Positions 30,103 to 39,165 of a stretch of 64,000 nt of DNA are shown piece after piece; positions within the stretch are counted from its first letter, which is position 1; the number at the start of each line of letters is the position of its first letter. The notes under the pieces are model-generated. The model ran no database searches, was not told the origin of the DNA, and saw only the letters and a program-made list of their open reading frames with translations. A program made the translations under genes and the position numbers. The DNA lies in contig CAYMYO010000002.1 in NCBI GenBank assembly GCA_964394685.1, forward strand, positions 98,148-162,147, in the 5' to 3' direction. The stretch is from an uncultured Gammaproteobacteria bacterium (GTDB lineage: Bacteria; Patescibacteriota; Microgenomatia; UBA10105; UBA927).

Positions 30103-30603
30103 ATGTCAACAAATACACTGTCAGTTACAATAAAAAAAATTATTACACTGGAAACAGCGATTTTTACGTTAGCATTTTGTGTGCCGCTTCTGTTTAATGG
30201 TTCACAGATTGTTACTGGAAGTATAATAAATACTCTTTTGTTTATTTCAGCAGCTAAACTGTCAAAGCGGGCGTTGCCATTCATCGCGATCATTCCAAGT
30301 TTGGGCGCTGTATCAAACGGTATTCTTTTTGGCCCATTTACTATATATCTCGTTTACTTTCTGCCATTTATTTGGATGGGAAATTATCTTTTGATGTGGA
30401 TAGCAAAATCCAGCAATTTTTTGATTGCCGCACTTGCGAAAAGTACATTTTTGTTTTTGATTGCTTATGTTTTTGTATCTTTCCATATTGTTCCAAAAAT
30501 ATTTTTAACTGCGATGGGAGTTTTACAGCTTGTTACTGCCATTGTTGGAGGAATAGCTGCCATCGGGATATCAAAATATATTTTAAAACCAGCTCATGAA
30601 TGA
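30103..30603 (+). CDS. Membrane protein, ECF S-component-like
   Basis: About 6 TM segments, QIVTGSIIN, PFIWMGN; overlaps the hydrogenase-like gene. Confidence 0.65.
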   Translation: MSTNTLSVTIKKIITLETAIFTLAFCVPLLFNGSQIVTGSIINTLLFISAAKLSKRALPFIAIIPSLGAVSNGILFGPFTIYLVYFLPFIWMGNYLLMWIAKSSNFLIAALAKSTFLFLIAYVFVSFHIVPKIFLTAMGVLQLVTAIVGGIAAIGISKYILKPAHE

Positions 30604-31399
30604 AGTAGAACAACTCGTTCAACTAATAAAAGATAAAAAGCATCTTGTTGCGATGCTTGCTCCGTCGTTTCCAATTGTTTTTGATTATCCGGATATTGTA
30701 AAACGTTTGAAACAAATAGGATTTCAGGAAGTTTTGGAGGTATCGGTGGGAGCTGAAATTACAAACGAACAGATGCTTGCGGAGTTAAATAAAGATAAAA
30801 AGAAACGATTTATTACCAGTCCCTGTGCAAGTGCTGTTCGGCTTATTCGGAAAAAATATCCGCAGCTTGAAAAATATCTTGCGTACAACGTTGATTCGCC
30901 AATGGTTGCTACCGCAAAGATTGCCCATCATAAGTGGCCGGATGCAAAGGTTGTGTTTATCGGACCCTGTATAGTGAAACGGCTTGAGGCATCAGAAGAT
31001 CATCCGGATTTAGATATTTTAGTTTTGACGTATAAGGAGCTCAATGAAGTATTGAAGGTTATTCAACCAGATGAAGCCATACCAGTTGAGAAATTATTTG
31101 ATTTAGAAAATTCCAGCACTCGGTTGTATCCAATATCCGGAGGATTAGCAGCCACAAGCTGTTCGTCACATTTACTTTCAAGTGATGAACTACAGGTGAT
31201 ATCAGGATGGAAAAACTGTGCAGAGGCGCTGGATAATTTTGAGAAAAACACCTCTGTTCGGCTTCTTGATATTCTCTTTTGCGATGGAGGATGTATTAAT
31301 GGCCCGGGGATTGAAAGCACGTTATCACTTGATGAGCGAAGAAATAAATTACTCGGATATATCGACCAGAGAAAAGCAGAATCTTCAGTTTCTTCGTGA
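30596..31399 (+). CDS. Stand-alone [FeFe]-hydrogenase H-cluster-domain (Fe_hyd_lg_C) protein
   Basis: AMLAPS, ITSPCAS (P1-like), VDSPM, FIGPCIVKRLE (P2), ILFCDGGCINGPG (P3). Confidence 0.85.
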   Translation: MNEVEQLVQLIKDKKHLVAMLAPSFPIVFDYPDIVKRLKQIGFQEVLEVSVGAEITNEQMLAELNKDKKKRFITSPCASAVRLIRKKYPQLEKYLAYNVDSPMVATAKIAHHKWPDAKVVFIGPCIVKRLEASEDHPDLDILVLTYKELNEVLKVIQPDEAIPVEKLFDLENSSTRLYPISGGLAATSCSSHLLSSDELQVISGWKNCAEALDNFEKNTSVRLLDILFCDGGCINGPGIESTLSLDERRNKLLGYIDQRKAESSVSS

Positions 31400-31462
31400 C
31401 AAATTCGGGAATTTGTGTATACTACGAAAACAAAAGTGTAAAAGATTGTTTTCTCAGTATAA

Positions 31463-31516
31463 ACCCATCTAATCAGATTTTTCGCTTTACAAGCTGCAAA
31501 TCTGAGTAAGATGGGT
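31463..31516. repeat. 54-bp inverted-repeat element
   Basis: ACCCATCTAATCAGATTT ... AAATCTGAGTAAGATGGGT. Confidence 0.65.
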
Positions 31517-31532
31517 ATACAATACTCCTACT

Positions 31533-32600
31533 ATGATGACGACGATCAATTGTCCCTACTGCGGGAAACCTGTTGAGATATCAAAAGCGATTGAAGAGGA
31601 TCTTCGACATGCAATTGAAGATGACGTAAAGAGTAAATTGCAGGAAAAAGCAGTTTTAGAGGTGAAAGAAAAAGAGAGAGAATTATTGGAGACAAAAAAA
31701 CAACTTGCTGAACTTATCAGACAACTTCGTGAGGAAAAAGTAGCACGCGAAAATGTGGAAGTGACGATGCAAAAAAGACTGTTGGAAGAACAGGAAAAAA
31801 TCAGAGTGAAAGCCAAGGAAGAAGATTCCGAAAAACACAGATTGGAGCTGAAAGAAAAAGAGACGCAGCTGGAAAGTATGCGAAAAACCATTGAAGAGTT
31901 GCAGCGTAAGGGAAGTGTCGGGTCACAACAGTTGCAGGGAGAGGTACAGGAGCTGGATCTGGAGCAAACACTGCATAACACATTTCCTCAAGATGCAATT
32001 GTTCCAATAGGAAAAGGAGTATTGGGAGCAGATATCAGGCAGGTTGTTAAAAGTCCGATGGGTATGGATTGCGGGACGATTCTTTGGGAATCAAAGCGGA
32101 CAAAGGCATGGTCAGATGGATGGATAGGAAAACTCAAAGAAGATTTGCTTCATGACAAAGCACACATCCCGGCAATCATTTCCGATACGCTTCCGGATGA
32201 GGCAAAATCCGGAATGGGATTCAAAGACGGCGTGTGGATTGCGTCACATAAACTCGCATTACCATTAGCTGCGCTTCTTCGAAAATCACTGTTGGACGCA
32301 GCCAAGCAGAAAAAAATTGCTGGAGCCCAGTCGTCAAAAGCAGAAGAGCTTTATGGGTTCGTAACCAGCCACGATTTTCAACATCAGATGGAAGCAATGA
32401 TTGAAACCTATCAGGACATGCAGAAAGAAATTCAAAAAGAACGTATGTCGTTTGAGCGAAGTTGGAAACTTCGCGAAATGCAGGTCAGCAGATTATTGAC
32501 TGGTGTAGCAGGACTCTATGGTAGCATGCAAGGAATTGCTGGAGCTGCACTTGCTCCAATTAAAAGCCTCGAATTGCCAAGCGGTGAACAATTGGAGTAG
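31533..32600 (+). CDS. DUF2130 coiled-coil protein with putative nuclease-like C-terminus
   Basis: CPYC, coiled coil, SQQLQGEVQE, GAD, ILWESKRTK.WS.GW. Confidence 0.85.
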   Translation: MMTTINCPYCGKPVEISKAIEEDLRHAIEDDVKSKLQEKAVLEVKEKERELLETKKQLAELIRQLREEKVARENVEVTMQKRLLEEQEKIRVKAKEEDSEKHRLELKEKETQLESMRKTIEELQRKGSVGSQQLQGEVQELDLEQTLHNTFPQDAIVPIGKGVLGADIRQVVKSPMGMDCGTILWESKRTKAWSDGWIGKLKEDLLHDKAHIPAIISDTLPDEAKSGMGFKDGVWIASHKLALPLAALLRKSLLDAAKQKKIAGAQSSKAEELYGFVTSHDFQHQMEAMIETYQDMQKEIQKERMSFERSWKLREMQVSRLLTGVAGLYGSMQGIAGAALAPIKSLELPSGEQLE

Positions 32601-32611
32601 GATAGAGCTAT

Positions 32612-33124
32612 ATGATAAAAAAATCAAAAACATTCCCAATGGGAGTTAAAATTCTTATCGGCTGCGTCGGGTTACTTGTTATAGTGGGAATTCTTATGGG
32701 GACCATTGGAAGCGTCATTTTTTCCAAATTTGGCCTCAATTTCATGAAAAAAGCAGTGGAAACAAAAACCGGCGCAGAGATTAATGTCGGCGAAGGAAAA
32801 ATTCCAACCGGATTTCCAAAGGATTTTCCGTTGTATGCTGGGGCGAAAGTTGAAGGGAATATCTCAGGAGCTGAGAATAAAGCGGGAAAGGGATTTTGGT
32901 TAATTTTATCAACTCCAGACGCGGCTGAAAAAGTAACCGCATTTTACGAAACAAATTTACCCAAAAACGGATGGACTGTTGGTAATACGATGAATATTGG
33001 GCCATCGTCAACATGGGAAGTAACAAAAGGGGATATGGCAGGGGCTGTGATAGTAGCGACAGATGAAAAAGAAAAAGGGACAAGTATTGTTATAACACTG
33101 GCTCCAAAAGAAAAGGAAGAATAA
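32612..33124 (+). CDS. Hypothetical membrane-anchored protein
   Basis: TM segment then KIPTGFPKDFPLY and FYE..LP.NGW. Confidence 0.75.
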   Translation: MIKKSKTFPMGVKILIGCVGLLVIVGILMGTIGSVIFSKFGLNFMKKAVETKTGAEINVGEGKIPTGFPKDFPLYAGAKVEGNISGAENKAGKGFWLILSTPDAAEKVTAFYETNLPKNGWTVGNTMNIGPSSTWEVTKGDMAGAVIVATDEKEKGTSIVITLAPKEKEE

Positions 33125-33125
33125 T

Positions 33126-33593
33126 ATGAACGGAAATAAGACAGTTATAGCAATATTACTGTCTGCACTCATGATCTGCGCGACCATTTATTATGTTGGG
33201 AAAAAGCCGGACAAAATTCCGACAGTTATCGTTCCGGAAAGCAATCAGTCGCAAACAGCAATTGCGACGCCAACCGCGGAAATACCAACACTAACAATAG
33301 ATGATCTTGCGCTTATTACCAAAGCAATAGCTCTCAAAACCGGTCTTTCTGAAACGGCAATCAACGTGACCATTTCAAAACACATTGGCGACTACGCAAA
33401 AGGCGGGATAGTAGAAAAGACAAGTGAAGTTGGCGGAGCCCAGTGGTTTGCGGCAAAGAAAAACGGCGCATGGGTTATTGTGCATGATGGGCAGGATTAT
33501 CCGAAATGCAGTGTACTTGTTGGATTTACATTTCCAAAAGAAATATTGGATAGTTGTTGGGACGATGCGACAAACAAGTTAAAAAGTTTGTGA
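33126..33593 (+). CDS. Hypothetical secreted/membrane-anchored protein
   Basis: N-terminal TM segment, Pro/Thr linker, WFAAK.NG.W...GQ...C. Confidence 0.7.
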   Translation: MNGNKTVIAILLSALMICATIYYVGKKPDKIPTVIVPESNQSQTAIATPTAEIPTLTIDDLALITKAIALKTGLSETAINVTISKHIGDYAKGGIVEKTSEVGGAQWFAAKKNGAWVIVHDGQDYPKCSVLVGFTFPKEILDSCWDDATNKLKSL

Positions 33594-34552
33594 TCAAACG
33601 ATACATAGGCATTTGTATACTTCTTTTTGGAATAGGACTTTATTTTTATTTTTTTCAAAAAGATCAAACGGTGTCACTCTCTCCGATAGTAGAACAATCA
33701 ACATGGACGCTGATAGCTACAGGTGATATTATTCCCGCCCGGTCAGTGAATTACAAAACACTTACGTATAAAGATTTTACCTGGGCGTGGAAGAATATTG
33801 CGCCAATAATAAAAGTTGGTGATATCACGGTTATTAATTTAGAATCTCCGCTTATAGATAATTGTCCAATAACCAACGAAGGCTTCAAATTTTGCGGAGA
33901 CAGCCGTCACATCGAAGGACTGGTTCATGCCGGCGTTGATGTGGCGACACTTGCCAATAACCACATTGGAAATTATGGAAAAAGTGGAATTGATGAAACA
34001 GTACAGCTGCTTCGATCCCATGGTATTGATGTTGCTGGGATTAATGAGGAACCGCCGATATGGGTTGTTAACAACATTCGTGTTGGATTTCTTGCATATA
34101 ACGATATTGGCGCAAAAGAAGAAGGAGTGTCGTGGGCGGATACAAATGTTATGGAAAAGGAAATTCAGAAGTTACGGAATAGTGTTGATGTATTGGTGGT
34201 GTCGATGAGTTGGGGAGAAGAATATATGGTTACACCGTCAGCCAGACAAAAAGAATTGGCTCATTTTATTATTGATAGCGGCGCGGATCTGATTTTAGGC
34301 AATCACCCTCACTGGATTCAGCCGGTCGAAGTGTATCAAGGTAAATATATTGTGTACGCGCATGGCAATACCATATTTGATCAAATGTGGAGCGAAGAAA
34401 CAAAAACAGGTGTTATCGGGAAATATACATTTTCAGGAATGCGGCTTACAAATGTCGAGTTTATACCAACGTATATCAAAGATTATGGTCAGCCAACGCT
34501 TCTTACCGGCGAGGCAAAAAAAGAAATATTACAGAAAATAATGATACTATAA
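33590..34552 (+). CDS. CapA/PgsA family metallophosphatase-like protein
   Basis: ATGDI, NLESP, LANNH, WGEE, GNHPHWIQ, YAHGN.IFDQ. Confidence 0.9.
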   Translation: MIKRYIGICILLFGIGLYFYFFQKDQTVSLSPIVEQSTWTLIATGDIIPARSVNYKTLTYKDFTWAWKNIAPIIKVGDITVINLESPLIDNCPITNEGFKFCGDSRHIEGLVHAGVDVATLANNHIGNYGKSGIDETVQLLRSHGIDVAGINEEPPIWVVNNIRVGFLAYNDIGAKEEGVSWADTNVMEKEIQKLRNSVDVLVVSMSWGEEYMVTPSARQKELAHFIIDSGADLILGNHPHWIQPVEVYQGKYIVYAHGNTIFDQMWSEETKTGVIGKYTFSGMRLTNVEFIPTYIKDYGQPTLLTGEAKKEILQKIMIL

Positions 34553-34579
34553 ATGTATGAGGAAAATTATAACTCTAAA

Positions 34580-34705
34580 TTTAATGTTATAGAATTCAAT
34601 AACATTAGAAAAGAAGCAGGATTTAATATTTAAACACATCGAATTCGACGGGTTTAAAAATAAACCAACATGTAATTTAATTATGGCGAATTTGCCATAA
34701 TAAAA
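34580..34705. repeat. Array of three 30-bp GAATTY-centred palindromes matching KilA-N codons 64-73
   Basis: Units at 34580-34609, 34629-34658 and 34676-34705, each with 13/15 Watson-Crick pairs; translate as FNVIEFNNIR, FKHIEFDGFK, FNYGEFAIIK. Confidence 0.85.
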
Positions 34706-34730
34706 AAGAATATAAAATAACAAAGTATTT

Positions 34731-35558
34731 ATGAGAAAAATCACAGCTCAAGGCTTTGATATTGCCATTATTCGCAAAGATAATGAGGAATATATTTCTT
34801 TGACCGACATGGCAAAGTTTAAAGATCGTGAAGCAACAGGTATTGTAATTTCTAATTGGTTATCCACGAAATACACGATCCAGTTTGCTGGAGCTTGGGA
34901 ACAAGTTCATAACCCTATGTTTAATGTTATGGAATTCCATAACATTAGAAATGAAGCTGGATCTCATGGATTTATTTTATCCTCTTCAAAATGGATACAA
35001 AAAACAAACGCAATAGGGATACGGTCATCTTCTGGTCGATATGGCGGTACTTTTGCTCACAAAGATATTGCTTTCGAGTTTGCAACATGGATTTCGCCAG
35101 AATTCAAACTCTATCTTATTAAAGAATTCCAGCGGTTAAAAGAAGAAGAAAATAAACGATTGGTTCTCGGATGGGATCTCAAACGTCAGCTTACCAAAAT
35201 TAATTATAGAATTCATACAGACGCAATTAAAGATAATTTACTCCCGAAAACTGTAACAAAGAAACAAGCACAGATAACTTATGCAACCGAGGCAGATATA
35301 TTGAATATCGCACTGTTTAGCAAAACCGCCAAAGACTGGCAAAGTGAAAATAAAAATAAAGAAGGAAATATTCGTGACTATACTGATGTTGTTCAACTTG
35401 TGGTACTCGCTAATCTTGAAAGTATCAACGCAGAATTCATTAAAAAAGGAATTCCTCAATCGGAACGATTAGTTCAACTGAATGCAATTGCCATCTCTCA
35501 AATAAAGTCACTCATCGGCAATCCTTCAATCAAAAAATTAGAACGTGGAAGTAAATAA
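34731..35558 (+). CDS. KilA-N domain DNA-binding protein
   Basis: YISLTDMAK, SNWL, GRYGGTFAHKDIAFEFATWISPEFKLYLIKEFQRLK, KINYRIHTDAIK. Confidence 0.92.
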   Translation: MRKITAQGFDIAIIRKDNEEYISLTDMAKFKDREATGIVISNWLSTKYTIQFAGAWEQVHNPMFNVMEFHNIRNEAGSHGFILSSSKWIQKTNAIGIRSSSGRYGGTFAHKDIAFEFATWISPEFKLYLIKEFQRLKEEENKRLVLGWDLKRQLTKINYRIHTDAIKDNLLPKTVTKKQAQITYATEADILNIALFSKTAKDWQSENKNKEGNIRDYTDVVQLVVLANLESINAEFIKKGIPQSERLVQLNAIAISQIKSLIGNPSIKKLERGSK

Positions 35559-35559
35559 A

Positions 35560-35955
35560 ATGATTAAGAAAAAGCCAGTTTATTCAATCAGCGATAGATT
35601 GTGGGGTGAGGACGGACCCTATTCGGAAGTGAAATTGATTATTGAGACACGGATTTTAGACGAGAGGATAAGCAGGACATTTGTCATCGTTGAAGTATCA
35701 ATAAATCCATATACATTTGAATTAATACGGAAGCATAAGACTTTATTTTATAGTGATAAAATGATCCAGCAATTATTAGAACATTCTGAATATCGAGGGC
35801 AAAGTGATGGATATGTTTCTATGGCATTTTCTGAGGAATATGGACCAGATGTGCTAGAAAAGGCCCAGCAATCAGTCGAATATTGTAAGAATACAATTGT
35901 CAAAATGCACCAATTTGTAATGAAACAATTGAATAATAAAAAAAATATAAATTAA
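35560..35955 (+). CDS. Hypothetical protein
   Basis: Open frame starting right after the KilA-N stop; no motif recognised. Confidence 0.6.
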   Translation: MIKKKPVYSISDRLWGEDGPYSEVKLIIETRILDERISRTFVIVEVSINPYTFELIRKHKTLFYSDKMIQQLLEHSEYRGQSDGYVSMAFSEEYGPDVLEKAQQSVEYCKNTIVKMHQFVMKQLNNKKNIN

Positions 35956-35956
35956 A

Positions 35957-36049
35957 TTTATCCCAACCTATATTCAAGACTACGGTCAACCAACCCTTCT
36001 TACCGGCGACGCAAAAGAAAAAGTATTACAAAAGCTAAGTGTAAATTAA
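35957..36049 (+). pseudogene. Orphan diverged copy of the capA 3' end
   Basis: FIPTYIQDYGQPTLLTGDAKEKVLQKLSVN* vs capA 34460-34552 FIPTYIKDYGQPTLLTGEAKKEILQKIMIL* (21/30 aa, both 93 nt). Confidence 0.88.
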
Positions 36050-36101
36050 TATGTTTACGTTATTATTCACCCATTCTGCCTGCATTAAAAAAAATGTTTT
36101 A

Positions 36102-36758
36102 TTATATTACCTTAGTGGAGTGAACACCTTTTTTGGCGAGGAGATATTTTACAGAAGTATTTTGTTTGTTCAATGAATCTATTACTTTAGAAATTAACTT
36201 TTTTGGATCAGGTCCAAAATGGACTATTGCATTAGTTTTTTTAGGCACTTTTGTGATTAATGTTTTTAAATCGTCTGTGATCCCTCCAGTTTCAGTTAAA
36301 ACGCCAATAATTTTTCCCATCTCATATAGATTAATGAATTCATTTAACGTGCCCCATCTGCCGGAAATAATTATTGCCGCATCACAGTTGGCTGTTGAGA
36401 TAACATTTCTGTAGCATAGCCGCGCAAACTGTTCACATTTGAACTGATTGTTATTCCTTATAAAAAAGAGTTTCTTATAATACGCTGGGACATAAAATAA
36501 TTTGGTAAATATAGAAGGATTATTTTCCGGAAAAAACATTTTATGGTGTTGAAAATCAATTTCAGGAGTAAAACCCCAAATATCTACACCCTTTTTCGAG
36601 GCTTCATTGGCAACCATATAAGGTAATCCCGTGCTCCCGCCGGTTATCAGGATTAAATTTTTACGTTTTCCAAATTCTATTCCTAATTTTTTTGCAAGAA
36701 CTAAAGCTTTTTTGTTATTTTCTACCGCAGATCCAAAAACTCCAATTTTGTATATCAT
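36102..36758 (-). CDS. LOG/SLOG family nucleotide-binding protein
   Basis: KIGVFGS, LITGGSTGLP, RN, SGRWGTLNE, TGG. Confidence 0.8.
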   Translation of the reverse strand: MIYKIGVFGSAVENNKKALVLAKKLGIEFGKRKNLILITGGSTGLPYMVANEASKKGVDIWGFTPEIDFQHHKMFFPENNPSIFTKLFYVPAYYKKLFFIRNNNQFKCEQFARLCYRNVISTANCDAAIIISGRWGTLNEFINLYEMGKIIGVLTETGGITDDLKTLITKVPKKTNAIVHFGPDPKKLISKVIDSLNKQNTSVKYLLAKKGVHSTKVI

Positions 36759-36794
36759 AAGTTTTTAGACTATATTCTTAAAATAATTATATAC

Positions 36795-38357
36795 TTATTG
36801 CCACTCTATCGTTGCCGGAGGTTTGTCTGTTATATCGTACACGACTCTCCCAACTCCCACTTCGTCAACTATTCTTTTGGAGATTGTTTTAAGGTACGGA
36901 AGTGCCTTTAAGGAAAAATTTGCCGTCATAGAATTTATTGATTCGACTACCCTTACTACAATTGCCTTATTATATTTTTGATGTTCATCTCCTTTGATTC
37001 CAAGACTGGGGACATTGATAAGTATTGCAAATGACATCCATATATCGTTTTTTACCGGGCTATTTTGCAGTGTTTCCTCTATTATTTTAGTAGCTTTTCT
37101 TACAAGTTCTACTTTGCTTCTCGTTACCTCTCCCTGTACTCTTATTGCAAAACCGGGACCTGGAAAAACCTTTTTAAATACTGCTTCATCTGGCAAATTC
37201 AAGAAATTAGCTACCAGCCTCACTTTGTCTTTAAATAAATCCCTAAGGGGTTCTAATAATTCTACATTTAAATGATTTGGTAAGCCGCCAACATTGTGAT
37301 GAGGTTTTATTTGAGATGAAAATTTTGTTACGCCACTTTCTACAACGTCAGACCAAATAGTTCCCTGGGCTACAATTTTTGTGTTGTATTTTTTAGCTAT
37401 TTCTTCGAATATTTCAATGAATGTCTTGCCAATTATTTTGCATTTTTTATCGGGTTTAATTTCTGATTTTAGCGCATTGAAAAATCTATCGCTTTCGTTA
37501 ACGACTTCAAGTTTTATATCAAATTTACGACAAAATAATACAACTTCACTTTGAGTTTCTTTTGGCATTAAACCACTATCAACATAAATTGCAATTATTT
37601 GACTTTTTCTTAAAGCTTTTTTTAATAAAGCTGTCATTGTTAGTGAATCAACTCCACCTGATACAGCGACTATAACTTTGCTTTCCCTCACGCGAGATTT
37701 AATTGACAGTATTGCCTGATCAACGAAAATTTTAGGTGTCCATTTCAATTTCTTTTTGATTTTACAAATTTTGAAGGAAAAATTTGAGAGGATTATATCT
37801 CCCTGTATAGTATGAGAAACTTCGGGGTGAAATTGCACACCGAATAGATTAGAGCCTATTTTTTTATACGCGGTAATAGGTGTGTATTCACTTGATGCTA
37901 ATATTTCGTATCCTTTGGGCAATTGCATTACGGTGTCTCCGTGACTCATCCAAACAATAGAATTATTTGTAACTCCATCGAATAAAGCATTTTTATGGAT
38001 TATTGAAATTTGCGAACTACCATACTCTGATTTTTCTTTTTTTACTTGTCCACCTTTTATTTTGGCTAATAATTGATGGCCATAACAAATTCCCAATACC
38101 GGAGTTCCACTTTCTAGCCATGTTTGATCAAATAGTATGGAGTTCGTTTTAACAGAAGCTGCGCTTCCGGACAATATTAATCCTTTAACTTGAAAATTAT
38201 TATTTTCTATATTTGTTATCCAATCTTTATGACAAATATCAGCCGGCACGATGACTGAATACGCACCAACATCCTGAAGCCTAGATTTAATTAAATGCGT
38301 GTATTGGCTGCCAAAGTCGAATATTAAAATTATCTCTTTTTTTGATACCATGTTCAT
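36795..38357 (-). CDS. guaA: GMP synthase (glutamine-hydrolysing)
   Basis: DFGSQYT, GICYGHQ, QFHPEV, SGGVDS, HHNVGG, FPGPG, KPPATIEW. Confidence 0.95.
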   Translation of the reverse strand: MNMVSKKEIILIFDFGSQYTHLIKSRLQDVGAYSVIVPADICHKDWITNIENNNFQVKGLILSGSAASVKTNSILFDQTWLESGTPVLGICYGHQLLAKIKGGQVKKEKSEYGSSQISIIHKNALFDGVTNNSIVWMSHGDTVMQLPKGYEILASSEYTPITAYKKIGSNLFGVQFHPEVSHTIQGDIILSNFSFKICKIKKKLKWTPKIFVDQAILSIKSRVRESKVIVAVSGGVDSLTMTALLKKALRKSQIIAIYVDSGLMPKETQSEVVLFCRKFDIKLEVVNESDRFFNALKSEIKPDKKCKIIGKTFIEIFEEIAKKYNTKIVAQGTIWSDVVESGVTKFSSQIKPHHNVGGLPNHLNVELLEPLRDLFKDKVRLVANFLNLPDEAVFKKVFPGPGFAIRVQGEVTRSKVELVRKATKIIEETLQNSPVKNDIWMSFAILINVPSLGIKGDEHQKYNKAIVVRVVESINSMTANFSLKALPYLKTISKRIVDEVGVGRVVYDITDKPPATIEWQ

Positions 38358-38367
38358 AGTTATTTAG

Positions 38368-39003
38368 TCAACGTTTTATGGATTTAAAGACAAACCCCTT
38401 TTTTTGTTGCGAAATAAATTCTTTCAAAAAATTAATGTCTTTTGCAGACAGGATTTTTTCGTCAAAAGCGACTTTTAACAAATTATTAATATTTGTAATC
38501 GAACACACATCTACTGATAATCTTTCTTTAATAAAATCATCATGACCATAGCTAAAAATAGCATGTACATATATTTGATAACCCAAGCGTTTTAATTCAT
38601 ATATTGCCGGTTGAATTGTAGCTCCGGACACAATGACATCATCTATGATTACAACTTTATTTCGTCCTGTCGGAATTTGTCCAACAAACCTTCCTTTTTC
38701 GGCATATTCTTTATCACTTTTCCGATATAATACCAGCGGAATATTTAACTTATCAGCAAGTATTGAAGCAAAATATGATCCGCCGCTTTCAATGCCACAA
38801 ACGAGGTCAGTATGAGGGGGTATGATACTCAATAAATCATCAGTAATTATTTTCCTTAGTTTAATGTTATTTAATGTATTTTTAATATTGATAAAAATCG
38901 GGGTCATCCTGTTAGGTTGTACTTCAAAAAATATTTTAGGGCTGTACTTTAATACGCCGGGAGAAGTAACCAATAATCTTTCAAGTTCAAAATTAGAGTT
39001 CAT
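38368..39003 (-). CDS. Type I phosphoribosyltransferase, orotate PRTase-like
   Basis: GIESGG, YRK..KEY, VIIDDVIVSGAT PRPP-binding loop. Confidence 0.82.
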   Translation of the reverse strand: MNSNFELERLLVTSPGVLKYSPKIFFEVQPNRMTPIFINIKNTLNNIKLRKIITDDLLSIIPPHTDLVCGIESGGSYFASILADKLNIPLVLYRKSDKEYAEKGRFVGQIPTGRNKVVIIDDVIVSGATIQPAIYELKRLGYQIYVHAIFSYGHDDFIKERLSVDVCSITNINNLLKVAFDEKILSAKDINFLKEFISQQKKGFVFKSIKR

Positions 39004-39165
39004 AGATATACTTATTTATCGAATCGTTTCGCAAAATTTAAGGAATTTATTATTGCATCCTTTTATTCAAGTTAAAGCTGATTATAGCATTATAATAATC
39101 TGTAATGATAGTTTGTATTCTTTATACCGTACCTGTTATATATGAGTTTCTGGTATAATTGTTTC

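Noticed and set aside
34580-34705. CRISPR array reading of the palindrome array
   Set aside because: The palindromic units differ from each other, gaps are only 17-19 nt, there are no cas genes, and the units match a coding segment.
34547-34744. 65-aa minus-strand ORF over the array
   Set aside because: By-product of the palindromes reading similarly on both strands; no independent support.
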